DNA from: Octopus vulgaris
Lineage: Eukaryota
Direction: 5' to 3'
DNA: 64,000 nucleotides
Assembly (NCBI GenBank): GCA_951406725.2
Contig: OX597836.1
Location: 49,910,001 to 49,974,000, forward strand
Part shown: one piece after another, positions 25,501 to 38,689 of the stretch
Layout: each line of letters opens with the position of its first letter
Numbering within the stretch: position 1 is the first letter of the stretch
Program-made: the position numbers and the translations under genes
Notes under the pieces: generated by a model
What the model was told of the DNA's origin: nothing
What the model saw: the letters and a program-made list of their open reading frames with translations, nothing else
The model's database searches: none

Positions 25501-26570
25501 CTGATATTCTCATTTAAATATGAATAGGTAAATTCGGGCGGTTTGATCACATTAACCAAAATTTTTTTCGGGCGGCTTTGGGCGATTTGGTATCGAAAGG
25601 GTTAATAGGATTCACATTTGTGTTGGACCTAAGTATGTTTTATAAATATTTAACACAATTTATTGAGTTGGGCACTGAAAGTTTTTAAATAAATATATGT
25701 TGAATTCTTTATGAATTCTAGAAGTTTAACATCCGTGTTTTATGATGTGTGGCTCTGTACATTATCATGTAAAAACGTGGTTACGTCCGTAGTAGTTTGC
25801 CATTTGTTGAATCAATGAAAACCCATTAATTTAAGAGACGTTTATTTATACTACACTGAATAAATCACTGATGGATAATGTGTTGTGTTGTATCCATGCT
25901 TTATGAATAAGTTGACCGTGTACAAAGCGCTGACAACAAAATTTCTAAAAATTCACGACTCTGAAAGGAATCTGAGCAACAACACCAAATTTTCTGTCAC
26001 ATCATCTTCAGAAGTATAAGAATGCATGGTAAAAATTTGAAAATGGTAGTGAACTGCCCACATGGTCAACTAAGGACATCAAAATGGGCATTATTTTGAG
26101 AAATTTTGAAATCACACTTATTTCTAAAAATACTATTCTGACATTCCCTTAATAGCAGCTAACATGGTTACTGCTCAGAAAGGGTCTGCTATATGCTAAA
26201 TGACTGGAAAACAATTGTGGTTGCTTTATCTAGTGTACCCATTGGGATGAATATACCTAAAAGAGGCATACATTTGCTGTGCATTTAATTCTTGGCAATT
26301 TTCAGAGGCCTATAGATGGGAGAATATACAAGATACACTGGAGTTGATAAGATATTTGAACTCTACAGAAAAGGTTAGTGCCAAACACAGGATTTCAAAG
26401 TTGTGCTTGCCATATTAGAGGAGAGACGACTGTCTTAAGTTGGTTGGGGAGGCTCATTTGGTAAAAAATGTAAACATTAGTCAATATTAAAGAGGCCTGC
26501 AATTTCAAAAGTATCAAAGATATTGAGCTAATACTTAGAAGCTAGTATGGGGAGGTGAGCTCGGACCCTC
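22520..26570 (+). mobile_element. Same transposon family, copy B, with about 600-bp TIRs, an internal deletion and a nested piggyBac
   Basis: 22520-23148 is inverted at about 25946-26549; 23723-24483 is the reverse complement of 21738-22500; candidate right terminus ...ggaccCTC at 26570. Confidence 0.7.
24525..25601 (-). mobile_element. Internally deleted piggyBac with transposase N-terminal ORF (24820..25332)
   Basis: TTAA TSDs at 24521-24524 and 25602-25605; CCCTTTCG termini; ORF has ALDYLFLLF...IITAETNRYA...IIMGIRKLP, typical of PGBD-type N-termini; empty TTAA site seen in copy A near 20430. Confidence 0.92.
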
Positions 26571-26599
26571 AAGGTGATTTGACATGGAAATGACCATAG

Positions 26600-27250
26600 A
26601 GCAGAGGCAATAGGTAGTAATTGTAGGGTCTCACGGAGTCAATCATTTCCTTTGTTTGGACAAAGTATGCTTGTAAAGCAATTCCAACAGGTGGCCAATT
26701 GGCCTCACCACTGAAATGATGATGATGTAAACTGAAGTAATTCACCTTCTGAAAATTGGATAAAAACTGGATGCACAGAGGACCACTGGTTAAACCCTGC
26801 CAAAAGCTTTTGATTAATCCAAGTGGGTCAGTCTTCAAAACAAAGTCTATCATTCACCCCCAACTCTCTCTATGATGGATGTATCTGCTGTGAGTCATAC
26901 AACCAGCACGTTCCTGACCACACTATTGATAACAAAAGCTAACCTCCTTGAAAGGATCTTTACCAAAATATTAGACTCTGCATGAATAGAGTTATGAACT
27001 GGAAAGTGCCAATAATGCTTCCTTAGCAAGACACCACACATCCCATAACTGGTAATGTTCCCAGTTGGGATAGATACTTGCCAAGGGAGGGGTAAATAAG
27101 CATGGTGTATGTCCAAACACAACTACTCCTGTATCTCAGTTGCCATTATTGGGTCTTCGCAGCACAATATTTCTACTAAAAGTTCTAGCATACCATTCCA
27201 AACAATGGAAGGGCAGCTGGAAAGCAGCATCCACACACTTGCTCGTTTGA
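26600..27250 (-). mobile_element. Degenerate L1/Tx1-like LINE reverse transcriptase remnant
   Basis: ESNILVKILSRRLAFVINSVV and LD*SKAFGRV resemble RT motifs of the L1/Tx1 clade. Confidence 0.5.
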
Positions 27251-28429
27251 GTTTGTTAACATGTTCCATCTTTAGCGCTTGGGTTTATCTAAGAGCTTTC
27301 ATGCCATGCTTAAAAACATCAAGTCTGATATCTAAAGATTTCTCACTAATTTAAGTGTTAATTAAAACTAGACAAAGTTTGAATGTGGAGGTAGGAATTT
27401 CAAATTTGGTGTTGCCACAAGTTAAGTTTTCATTGCAGTGTTGCCATTTATTCTGGTCAGCTCTGATTGAGTAGACCTACGGTCAAAGACATTCCAGTTA
27501 TGACCATCCCAACTGCTTCTCAATAACAAGACAACATTACTTGATGTATATACTTTGGTTTTTTAAGATAGTAGGATAAAATGTGAGGGAGACTTGGTTG
27601 CTAATTCCAGCAAGTCGAGCAACTGCATGAGAGAGATGAGAAGAGAATGGCAGTGACATGATAATACTGATTTTATAAGCATGCCTACCTTACCTTTCTG
27701 GTAATGCTAATGAAATGAAACGGTGACACAACTAGGAGCATACAGCACCCACATTGACAAAGCAACAGATATATTAGTGTGGGGGTGGGGAGGGGGGATG
27801 GTTTCTTTTTGACTAATTGCTTGTAGCCCAATCATGTATTTGACAACAGCTTGGAAAACAATGTTGAAAAGGAAGGCAGTGAATATACAAATTTTATTTA
27901 TTGATTTATGATTTCTCAATAAGCACCAGAACTGCAGATATACAGATGAAAAAGAATTGAAATTCAATGATGTTCATGTCTTTCTCAAAAGCCTTTATGC
28001 AGAAACAAAGGAAGAAAAACTGCCACAAGGGAGGGTTTACTAAGCTCACCCACTTGGCCACTGCCCATCTCTTCACTGTGGCCAGTCTTCCACTCAAAGA
28101 AGCCTAACAGATACTGTTATATATTTCAAATGCAGACACAGGAATTTAAAACTCAGGTAAAAGAGTCATAGCTTACGCAGGAGTTTAATAAAGAAGGGTA
28201 AATGTGTGTGAGTGTGATGTGCTGGTGATCCAATCAGAAGTGTCATGCAAAAACCAGTTTAAGCTCTGGCCTTGAATCATAGGATTCTTGACAGCCTTAA
28301 TCCTAAAGGTGTGTAAAGAGACACACAAAAACTCTAAATCCTAATGGAAAGTGTTATATAAATAATCTTCTGGATGCAGATACAGGAATCATAATAGAAG
28401 GTCATACGAAGTGGGGTAGCCATGATAAT

Positions 28430-28990
28430 GAGGATGCGGCAGACTGCAGCGGCGGGGTACCATTCTATTAAACGATGATTCTAGAATGGAAAATCTACTT
28501 TCAAAGAAGTTGGGGCATGCCGGTTGTTTGTCTAGGTTAATTTCAAGAAATAATGCACCACTGGAGGAGGACACCGTAATTAAGAGTGGAAACAAGGGGA
28601 TGTGGAACATCAGGTATGAGCTATTAGTAACTTTGGAAGAAATAAAAAGAAAAGTGAGAAATGACAAATTTATTAATGAGACAAAAAGAAAACTGGCCGA
28701 CAAAAGGAAATAAAGGAAGGTCTGATGCAAAGAACTGCCAAGATGTGAGTGTGTACTCTATACGTTATGGTACACTCAGAGGGTGGCCATACCACAGACA
28801 TTACAGAAGAGAATGCTAAAAGAGTTCCATGTGGGACACCCAGGTATCTCTAGAATGAAAGCGCTGATGCAAAGTTTCGTATACTGACCAAGTATGGACA
28901 AGGAAGCTAAAAACCTGGTAAAAGGCTGCAGAGGATGGGCACTGGCAACAAAACTACAAAATGTGAACCTTGGCCAAAAGTGAAAATACC
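28430..28990 (+). mobile_element. Ty3/Gypsy pol remnant (RNase H end and integrase zinc-binding region)
   Basis: RLQRRGTILLN, KKLGHAGCLSRLI, IPQTLQKRMLKEFHVGHPGISRMKALMQSFVY*PSMDKE..NLVKGCRG. Confidence 0.85.
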
Positions 28991-30683
28991 ACGGTCCTGA
29001 TTTGAGATACTATGGAAAAGAAGATGCAGAAGTGGTAAAAACTGATCTCAAAATGAAGATGCTGCAGAAAAGACTGACTCAATCCATGCAAACATGGACT
29101 GGACAATGATGCATGGACTGGATTGGATATAAATTACATGTCGTTTACATAAATGGCCTTGAGCCGAAACAAGAAACTACTGAAGTGAAAAACAATTCCA
29201 TCACTGGTTAGTAAGCCAGAGGAACGGTAAGTGAATGAGGGGGGCTTCATTTAACACACAATCCTCACCCCCACTGGACTATACAAGAAATATTTCACCA
29301 AAGCTGAACACCCCAATCTACACTATCCCAGAAAAATTAGGGAACAGAAAGCAAGGGCAATATCCCTCTTAACAAGTATGGTTGGCTGTGTTTGTTACAA
29401 GTCTTTGAAGCAGAAACCCTGAATCTCTCCTTGCCCACATTTTTCACAGAAATTCAAAATTAAATATCATCTACATCAACCTTACTTGACGAAGAGGGGC
29501 TGCAAAGATCTTGGGCACTAAGAAAAAAAAAAAAAAAAAAAAAGGGCTTAATGCCACCTGCACCCCCCTTTTCTCTCTTGCTCAAATTTTTTAGGAGGGA
29601 GGAAAAACAATGAATACCAATTAAGTACTGGATTCAATCAACTGTCAGCATCATCATCATCATCATCGTCGTCGTTAAACGTCCACTCCCCATGCTGGCA
29701 AGCCAGAAGGCTGCACCAGGCTCCAATCCATTCTGGCAAAGTTGGGAGCGGGTGCAGCCTTCTGGCTTGCCAGCTCTCAGTCAAACCATCCAACCCATGC
29801 CAGCGCTCCTTGAAATCTATCCAGGCACAGATGTGGCTGTGTGGTTAAAAAGGTTGCTTCTCAACCGTATGGTTTTCGGGTTCAGTTCTTACTGCATGGC
29901 ATCAGGGGCACATGTTTAGGTCTCCTTGTCATGCAATTTTAATTGTCATTCATTCCCAAAACCATGTCTGGATTGGTGACAGGAAGGACATTCCATTGTA
30001 GAATATCTGATCCTTAAATTCTGTCTGACCCATGTAAGCATAGAAACGGATCCTTAAAACGATGATGATGATGATGATGTGGTAGTGGTGACCTGTGTTC
30101 CTCTATGACAGAAACAAAGAACAGAGACCAATAAAATTAAGACAAGACCGAAACAAGAGTGGCTGAAAGAAATGCAATTACGATACCTGAAAGAGACTGA
30201 TGTTGTGCACCAAGTGTAAGAAGGTGTTTTGATTGTGTCTGGTCCTGAACACAAGCCAGATTTATTTCTCATACAAGCCATAACCCACAAAGCATTTTAC
30301 TAAACAGGAGAGAGCCGAGCAGACCCGAGTAATTGATACGAATATAAGTTACAAAGAAGAAAAAGAAACGTTTACCAAGTAAACACTGGTAAACGGTTAC
30401 TAAGTAAATACCGATAAATTAAATAAAAGTCTCTTTCAGGTATCGTAATTGCATTTCAGTAGTTTCTGATAGACACTGAAACAATCTGAGAGTACCTATC
30501 TACATGGTCTACCATGCAGTCAGAAATAGCAGCCAAATCACACATCATCATCTTGGGCACCTGGAATGCCTTTCGTTATAGGTCTACACAGAATAAGAGT
30601 TGAAAAAATAACTGCAGATTGACAAATGTAACTGAAACTAGACCCCCGACTGTTTAGTCTGAGATCAGCTTTATGGATTAAGC

Positions 30684-30881
30684 CAGGGGTGGGCAAACTT
30701 TTTTGATCGTGGGCCGCACAGTGCGTCTTTGGAACCTTGGCGGGCCTCATTTATAAAAATCAAGTGAAAATATTGTGAATTACCGTACAGTTACGAAGTA
30801 TCTGCATAGAAGTTGGGATTCATAAAAGCTCTCGGCGGGCCGCATGAAAACCTATGGCGGGCCGCAGTTTGCCCACCCCTG
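30684..30881. mobile_element. hAT (Charlie-type) MITE, 198 bp
   Basis: Perfect TIRs CAGGGGTGGGCAAACT/AGTTTGCCCACCCCTG and 8-bp TSD GATTAAGC at 30676-30683 and 30882-30889. Confidence 0.92.
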
Positions 30882-33800
30882 GATTAAGCAATGCTAATAA
30901 CCAAGGTAACTCGACTTGCTAGAAATAAAAGCCAAATCACTCCCTATAATCTTAAAGGAAGGAAATCTTGGAATAATATAATCCTGGATACTTTGTTTGA
31001 AATAAGATGGGATAGTCATGGATGGAACATTTTTCACCAGTGACCTACTCAATCAGAACCGACTTGGGGCAAGGTAACAATAACCACATCTCCACCGATC
31101 AGAAAAGCACTATTATTGCTATACCACCCACAAAGACTTCAACCGGTCACTTGACATGCTAGAAACAGCAGCCAAATCTCTTCTTAACCATATTCGATGT
31201 GATCCTGAGCGTGTATGGTGTCACAGCAAAAAGCCTTTCAACATTTATCCTTGCTCCATCAGAGCTTATCAACAGCAACAAATATCACCATCACCCGCGC
31301 CGTCTTGCGTTTCTAATCAACAGCAAGCGACCAGGTTTCGTTGCCATTTTATTATCCTGCCGATAATAAAGAAGACACAAACACCAGTGGAACTCCCAGT
31401 GAACAACAAACACAGTCGCTCACAGCGCAATAACCACCACCGCCGCCGATAAAGCTAGACATAGCAGCCAACTCTGCAATGTCCTTCACACCATGTCCAC
31501 CGTCATTTATAACAAGGGAAGGCATCAGCTGCCTAAAAAGACTGGATCTGAAGCGAAACAATGGTGACGGACACTGACTGGAATTATAAACAGAAACCTA
31601 TTCAGAATTTATCGGATGAACGAAGGCGACTTATGCGCTCAACGTGCTAGAAACTGCAACCAAACCTCCCTCAAATCACACCGCAGTCGTAAAAACAAAC
31701 AAAAAGGATAAATAATAATAAAGTCCTAAATGGAGTAGTGACCATCCCATCTGAAATAAAGGTCCACCAAATTTGAGGTCACGATCAGAATGGCTTTAGC
31801 TACGGGTCACATTCAGAAGGCGACAGGGGCAACTCTGTGTTTGTCGAAATGACGCACGCGTTACACAACGATGGAACGAAATGAGCAGAAACGAAACGAT
31901 TCGCTTTGAACGACATCGAGTAAAAACTGAAGCATCAAAAGAGAAATAAAGAAAAATTAGGAAACGTGGGAAGTTGAAGGCTGCTTGCTGCCAGCGCATT
32001 TATTTCTTCATAACATCAGCAGTCAAAAAAAGAGAAGAGAAAAGAAAAGCTGTGCATGGTGGAAAGAGAGATAGGTTCCCTTACTTCTCACACTAGCAAG
32101 ACAAGTGGTTCCTCGCTAGCAGTCAACTTGTACGAAAAATTAGCCGCTCCTTTGCTACTTACAGTTGCCAAATTTTGTGTTATATATATATAACCCGTTG
32201 GCTAGTTAGGCAAATACCTAGCTTACAAAATTTGACCAGCTTCTCGACCGTTACAGATGAAAAATGTTTCCATTACATTTCAATCGGTTTTCCCCACATT
32301 CCAAGATGTGTACCAAGTTCCAGTTGGATTCGAACACTAGCAAACTTTATATCTAACCACTGGGCCACGACGATGGGCAGCTTACCGTTCGCTCAATAAA
32401 ATGTAATACAATAAACGTTAGCGGAGCGAATCGGAGATGAAATATTATACATGGTAGCATGCAAATGTTGAAAGATGGCGAAAAGGTATTGTCGAGTTCA
32501 TTGTTTGAAAGAAAACTGGGTACGTTTTAAACAGTTAACATAACTTGCACAGGAGAATTTAAAAAAAAAAGATTATTAATTAAACCCTTTTAGGGTGGTG
32601 AGTTGGACAAAATACATATTTCTTTTTCCAGCCCTATACTTTGTCTTTCATCCTCTCCGGGTCGATAAAAGAAAGTACCATTAAAATACTGGATCGATTA
32701 CTCCTGCTAACATTTGAAGTTGGTTTAATATATTCATTTTCCAGAATTAAATCAACTTTCTAGACATTAACAAAATACAATGGAATTGTACTTGCTTGTA
32801 GTAGATGTACTCTTTGAGTGTACACACTGGAACAGTGAGAGGTCACAGAGATTTTAATCGATTCCAGTACCGGCCTCCTGCTAATTTTTATCCATCTGGA
32901 CGCATTTCAATTTTATTCGATACACCTATTTTCACCCCTTATGTATGTATACAAACCCATTTCTGTTGGGGGTGAGAGAAAGAATCTATCCAATATCCTG
33001 TGTTTTAGAGCTTTCCACCATCAGTGAGCCAGCAGCTGAGATTCTGTGTTGACCAGTTGTCATGCGCTCAAGGAGACTCTATGTAATTCTATTTGTTAGA
33101 AATCGTAACAACATCGCCCTCCTCATACCACATCCTGCACTCAGGTGGAAGTCCTCTGATTATAGGACCGCTCGACTAGACTTGATGGGCTCTGAGGAAC
33201 GCGGGGTCGCGTAAAGGCACCCACCCTTTTTAGCTTGCAATGAAGGGAGATACTGAGAAAGCGTAGCAGAGCAGTGGAAGACGGGCTTTTCTTCAACACC
33301 TCACTGCTACTACTACTACAAGCCACCCAGCACAAGTAGGGGAGACAGCAAGAATAACAAGTGTATTTGCTGGGTACGTGGCTAGTGTAGATTCTTGGCA
33401 AGGGGGTTGGGGTAAAGGGCGAATCCCTCAAAGAAAGAGCTTTCTTCAGAACACGAACCAATGAAGATTCGTCTACGTGGTCGTTCTAGCCACAAGAAAT
33501 ACCAACCAAATATCTGCAAATTCACAGCCTGACGTCATTTGATAATAGCTGACCCAGAAAACAACAAAAGCTACAAAGGACAAAATTCAATGGAAAGAAG
33601 ACCGGATCGCACTAATCGAACGAGGGCCAGGGGGATTCCACTACCAACTTGACAAGAAACTGTTCATTACAAGAAAAATGCCATCAGCTTTAATTGTTGT
33701 TGTTTAGCATCCCATCTATGTTCTGGCAGACCCTCCAGATGTGACCATTTCGTATTTTTGTTCCAAACAGTGGTAGACCCTACAACTACATTCTCCAGCG

Positions 33801-35448
33801 TACGCATCCACCCACCATTTAAGACGGTAGGGTGCGGCATTTTCAGATGGGAGAGACGAGGAGGAAATTTGGCGGAAATCTAACAGCCCAAAACAAACGA
33901 TAAAATTGATTTTATTCAGTGTCTGAATGGAATTTGAAGTGAGAAGGAGACATCAAAAGAGATTTAAATATGCATTCGACTCGAGATCCGACAAGTCACA
34001 AGTTTTTAGGCTAAGAAACGGAGAAAGAACGAGAGTAAATCACACTAGCGTAGCCTTCCGTTTTCTTTCCCCCGGAGCCCACAAAAACCACATATTGCCT
34101 ACAGCAGACCCCAAGTTGTGCCCCTTTAAAAGGGCCGACCCTTTCTCAACTACGCTAGTGATTAGGCGACATTTATTCTTCCTACTTTTCGAATGATGAA
34201 TTAAAGAGGCAACGTAAGTGAAGTGTTGTAGGTTTTAATTGAAACTCGGAACTGCCCGACTCCATTCACAACAGATTGGTACCACTTAAAGAAATCGGAA
34301 TGTTATTAATTTTGTCGAGTTGAAATCTATGGATTTCAACGAGAAGTTACCTGGACAACCTTCATGCATTTTCCCATGTTGTGGAACTAAACGCATTCCT
34401 CGCACGCATCATTGCGACATAAGATCCAATAAGGGAAAAATTTTATGGTCGTTAGAGCTGCTGGAAATAGAAGCCAAATCGCCGGGACACCGTAATCCCA
34501 GATACAAGCCCAAAACCTTAAAAGAGGTTACCACCAGTGCAATGCCATTGTTCACTGGGATGCTCAAATGTAGACAGCCACCCCAGATGTTATTTGACCA
34601 GCAAATACACACATCATTTCATGTCTGTCTTTAAATACTGGCATGGGTTAGACGGGTCGCCACGATCCGAGTTCTTATTTTGGGATTTACTGTTCAGAGA
34701 TTGGTGCTTGAATGTGTCATTTAAGGCTGAGCTTCTACAGCTGGGTGCTCGTCCCATCGCCAAAATGATATATTTACCCATGGCACCAGCACTAAAAGGA
34801 CCTCACAAAGCTACGCTCTCTCCATTCACGCCGTTTTACAAAGGAATATACACACATACATAAATATACTGATATGTATGTGTAATATATGATGTGCGGT
34901 AAATTCAAAAAAATCCCGCCAAAATGTAGTAATGCGAGTGAAATACGAGACAAGCTACCAAAAGTTTTGTAGCCGCAACCATTCAGGTTATATTTCCAAT
35001 CAAATTATATGTATAAATGCTTTTATTTTGAATAAAAGCGAGCAACTCTTAGACAGGAGACAAGTCTCTGGGGTTGTTATTCGGGGAAAATACTCCCCCA
35101 TCACAACATTTTTTTTTTTTTTGAAAACCAAACAGGAAAGTGGGATTAAGAGAGATTAACGAGGCACTGACATTGTGTGTAGGATGAGTGTTGAAAGAAG
35201 AAAATAAGAGAAAGAAATGAGCGGCGGAAAGTATGAAGAATTTCAGACGTTTGTGCATTTGTGTTTGGTTGGATGAAAGGGCCCCAAGGCTAGCAGAAGG
35301 TTCTTCAACCGAATATTCACACATTATTTATAATCTTATGTGCTTCGATAGCCACTGTTTCAAAAAAGAATTAACTATATATGCCTGCATGTACGGAAGC
35401 ATATATATATATATATATATATGCACATGCTCATATATTTAGACGAAA

Positions 35449-35481
<33 letters not shown>

Positions 35482-35525
35482 TATATAGAGGGCAGTATTA
35501 CACATAGACGTCTCACGCTAGGAGG

Positions 35526-35570
<45 letters not shown>

Positions 35571-35829
35571 GAGAGAGAGAGAGAGAGTTAATTACATAAA
35601 CAAGAAGAAACAGAAAATACACGAGTAATTCATATAATCTTATTATTATATAGGCGAAGGCGCAGTTTTGGAGAGCTTATGAAACTAATTCGATGTGTGT
35701 CTTTTACACATGCGTATAATACACGCATTTCTATATAAATATATATATATATCAGTTAATGAGTAAAGAAAAATCGTCTTTTAAATGCCTAAAGACAATA
35801 AACAGTGACCAGATAAAGGAGTATAAATG

Positions 35830-36030
35830 GGGGCGAGGTGGCAGAATGGTTAGCAAACCGGGCGAAATGCGGAGCCGTATTTCGCCTGCTGAGTTCAAAT
35901 TCCGCCGAGGTCGACTTTGCCTTTCATCTTTTCGGGGTCGATAAATTAAATACCAGTTACGCACTAGGGTCGATGTAATCCGTTTGTCCCCTCTGTGTTT
36001 AGCCCCTGGTGGGTGGTAAAGAAATAGGTA
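35830..36030 (+). mobile_element. tRNA-derived SINE, second family, CpG-intact
   Basis: tggcagaatggttag, gagttcaaattcc, then gcctttcatcttttcggggtcgat domain. Confidence 0.8.
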
Positions 36031-37135
36031 TACATGAGAGAGCTTGGCCGGGGGGTGACCGGCGAAAGTCAATCGAAGTCTCAAAGGAGATTCGGTTTTG
36101 GAGTCAGTGACGATCGAAACAAAGATCGTAGAGTTGAGGACTCATCACTCGTTTTGAATTATACAGATTACGATCTTAGATTTCGCTTTCTGGAATCTCA
36201 TTTTAATGGTATTTTTTGTATAAAGCTTGATTGCAACCGAAGTGAGGACTTTGGCGCTCAACCAACTCAAACCCTGCAACGGTCAGATTAGCTATTCGGG
36301 ATTTGAACTGCTAAAGTGTACGAATGTGCGTAGAGGAGGAGAAAGGAATTGTTGGAGAGGAATTCTCGATTAATACAGAGAAGTTTATTTGTTCGAATCA
36401 AAGAGTTTCTCTCTCTACAATCAAACAGAGAAAATAATCCGAGGAGCGAATAATCAGCTTCGAATTCAGAGAAAAGCAATCTGACCTAAACTGACGATTT
36501 ATTTTTAAAAAGTTTTTCTTTCACTTGTTTTCCCTTAAAATGTTAGAATGAGAAAATAGAAACCGAGTTTCTGATCGGTCCTTGCTGCGAACGGACAGAC
36601 TCGGTGACCATTTCGGTATGAAGCAGAGTCAAAATACAAATTCACTGCTCGGATGTAAACTGATGAAATCCTTAAGCATTTCGATCCAACAACCGAACGT
36701 GTGCAGGAGCCAGTGTGGTCGCTCGCTGCCAACCTCCTCCGTGCCACACATGTGTTTCTTCTGCGACATAGATTTCCTCAATAAACAGCCAGCCATGTGT
36801 CCAACGGTAACAAAATGAAACTGAGTTTTGAGAAGCGATTTTCTCGACCAGTTCTACAAGGAAGGGACATATTTCAACGGCGGTGATATCTCAATACTAG
36901 ACATAAAACACTGCGGGGAAAGGCTACGGAGAGAGAGGTTCGAGACGTCTGAAAATCGCATTTGAAATCGCTGCTTCACACAATCAGTGGAGCAGCCGAG
37001 ACACGAGCGAAACGAACGACGGTTTTTCGGCGACCATAAATACAAATCTAGCCAATTGATCGTGCCAAAATTACGGATTTGAATTGTCCAATACTTATAG
37101 TAACAACTGGAATAAAACCAAAAGTATTAACTCAC

Positions 37136-37174
37136 CTCCTCTTGAGAAACATCGCTAGTGTTTTCCTCTGACAT
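37136..37174 (-). CDS. DEK: DEK coding exon 1 (MSEENTSDVSQEE)
   Basis: ATG at 37174-37172, donor GAG|gtgagt, phase 0 matching exon 2; lies directly downstream of a YY1/CCAAT motif cluster. Confidence 0.75.
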
Positions 37175-37330
37175 TATTCAGAATTCCAACAAAATGGCGG
37201 CAAAATGGTTAGCGGGAAGGCGTTAGCCAATCAACATATTCGATTTATACGTTGGTTAAATATTTCCTAACGTTCATGCAAGACGCAATCTGATTGGACC
37301 ACTCAATTACTCCCCCTCCCACTCCCACCA
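37175..37330 (-). promoter_or_regulatory. DEK 5'UTR and core promoter
   Basis: YY1 motif AAAATGGCGG at 37191-37200, E2F-like GCGGGAA at 37212-37218, CCAAT at 37227-37231, ATTGG at 37293-37297, C-rich box near 37311-37328; no obvious TATA box. Confidence 0.65.
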
Positions 37331-37533
37331 AGCTGGCTTTCGGTATTCCGTGATTTCCTCTCGTCAAACCTTCGATGTTTGATGTCTGATCCTTGAGCAA
37401 TTTATTAATTAATTAGGAGCTGTTTTATTGAAGAGAAAGCAATCGACCTACATTTTTTTATGTCTTTCACGTATTGTTGATATCTTCAAACACACAACAT
37501 ACTTTTGTACTAGAGAATTAACTATAAGAAAAC

Positions 37534-37711
37534 ATTCTGTTGTGTCTGGGGAGAGGCATTTTCTTTTTGTGCCTTATAAAATTGAAAAGGTTGCAAGACG
37601 CAACGAAAATTTTAGGACAATAAAAATAAGAAATAAGTGTAAATTTTACCGGTGAGTGTGTTACATTATAAGGCACAAAAAGAAAATGACTCTCCCCAGA
37701 CACAACAGAAT
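37534..37711. mobile_element. MITE with about 45-bp TIRs, just upstream of the DEK promoter
   Basis: attctgttgtgtctggggagag...gtgccttataa (37534-37579) is inverted at 37666-37711. Confidence 0.75.
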
Positions 37712-38689
37712 AAGCTTCAACACACGAACTCATATAAAGAATCTTGCAAACCAAATTCAAAAACGAAATATAAGAAAACGTTTATGAGTTTACTCTATTT
37801 TTGTTGTTCATTGTTTGAGATGTACATCCTAGAGTGTTTATAAATTGTCTACATTTGACGGGTATAAGTTAAGTTGACAGGCAGGGTTTTTGGAACATTT
37901 AAGTTTATCTGCACGAATTTTATAGTAAGGTTAGAATCCACTTATCGGTAAACGTTTTGTTTGTAGTCTTATGCTTGCTTTAAAATTAGAATCTCAAACT
38001 ACAGACAAAGATATATTAAATTTGTGGTGTAATATATGGATTCACAGAATCGTGTGGCTATCACAGAAAGCTCCTCTAGCGGATTCAGCTAACAGACCAC
38101 AAAGTAAGCCAATAGGGAGAAGTCTAATGCAGAGTTCGGCTATATATGTTTCGTCAGTAAATCATAAATACGAAAGAGAAATATAAACTAAGTTACAGAT
38201 AAAGGTAGTTATGGCTAATGTACAGGGTAACCCCATACACTGGCTATAGCCTCCTTTAATTACACACACACACACATGAAGTTAGATAAGGACGGTTATC
38301 TAATTTTATATAATATACTGCTCTATAACTTAAGTGTGCCTCTTTTTCCGATGATATATATATATATATATATATTCTTGTTTCGGTCATTTGTCTGCGG
38401 TCATGCTGGATCATCGCCTTTAGTCGAAGAAACCGACCTCAGGACTTATTCCTTGTAAGCCTATTGTGATCGATTTAGTCTCTGGAGGTTCGCTTGGATA
38501 TTCACACATTCTTGAGGACCTCTTGATCAGACAGGCAAAACTCCTGAGCAAAAACAGTCTGACACGTCCAAAATTACAAAAAGAGAAAAAAAAGCATAGG
38601 TTTCTACTACAATGTTGAGCAGTTTTCCTTCCGACAATCAACACTAAGCTGGGATTGCATACTTAGAAGATAACTACAAATATTCTTTT

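Noticed and set aside
35830-35910. tRNA gene
   Set aside because: A-box and B-box-like motifs belong to a multi-copy SINE head; no complete cloverleaf is apparent.
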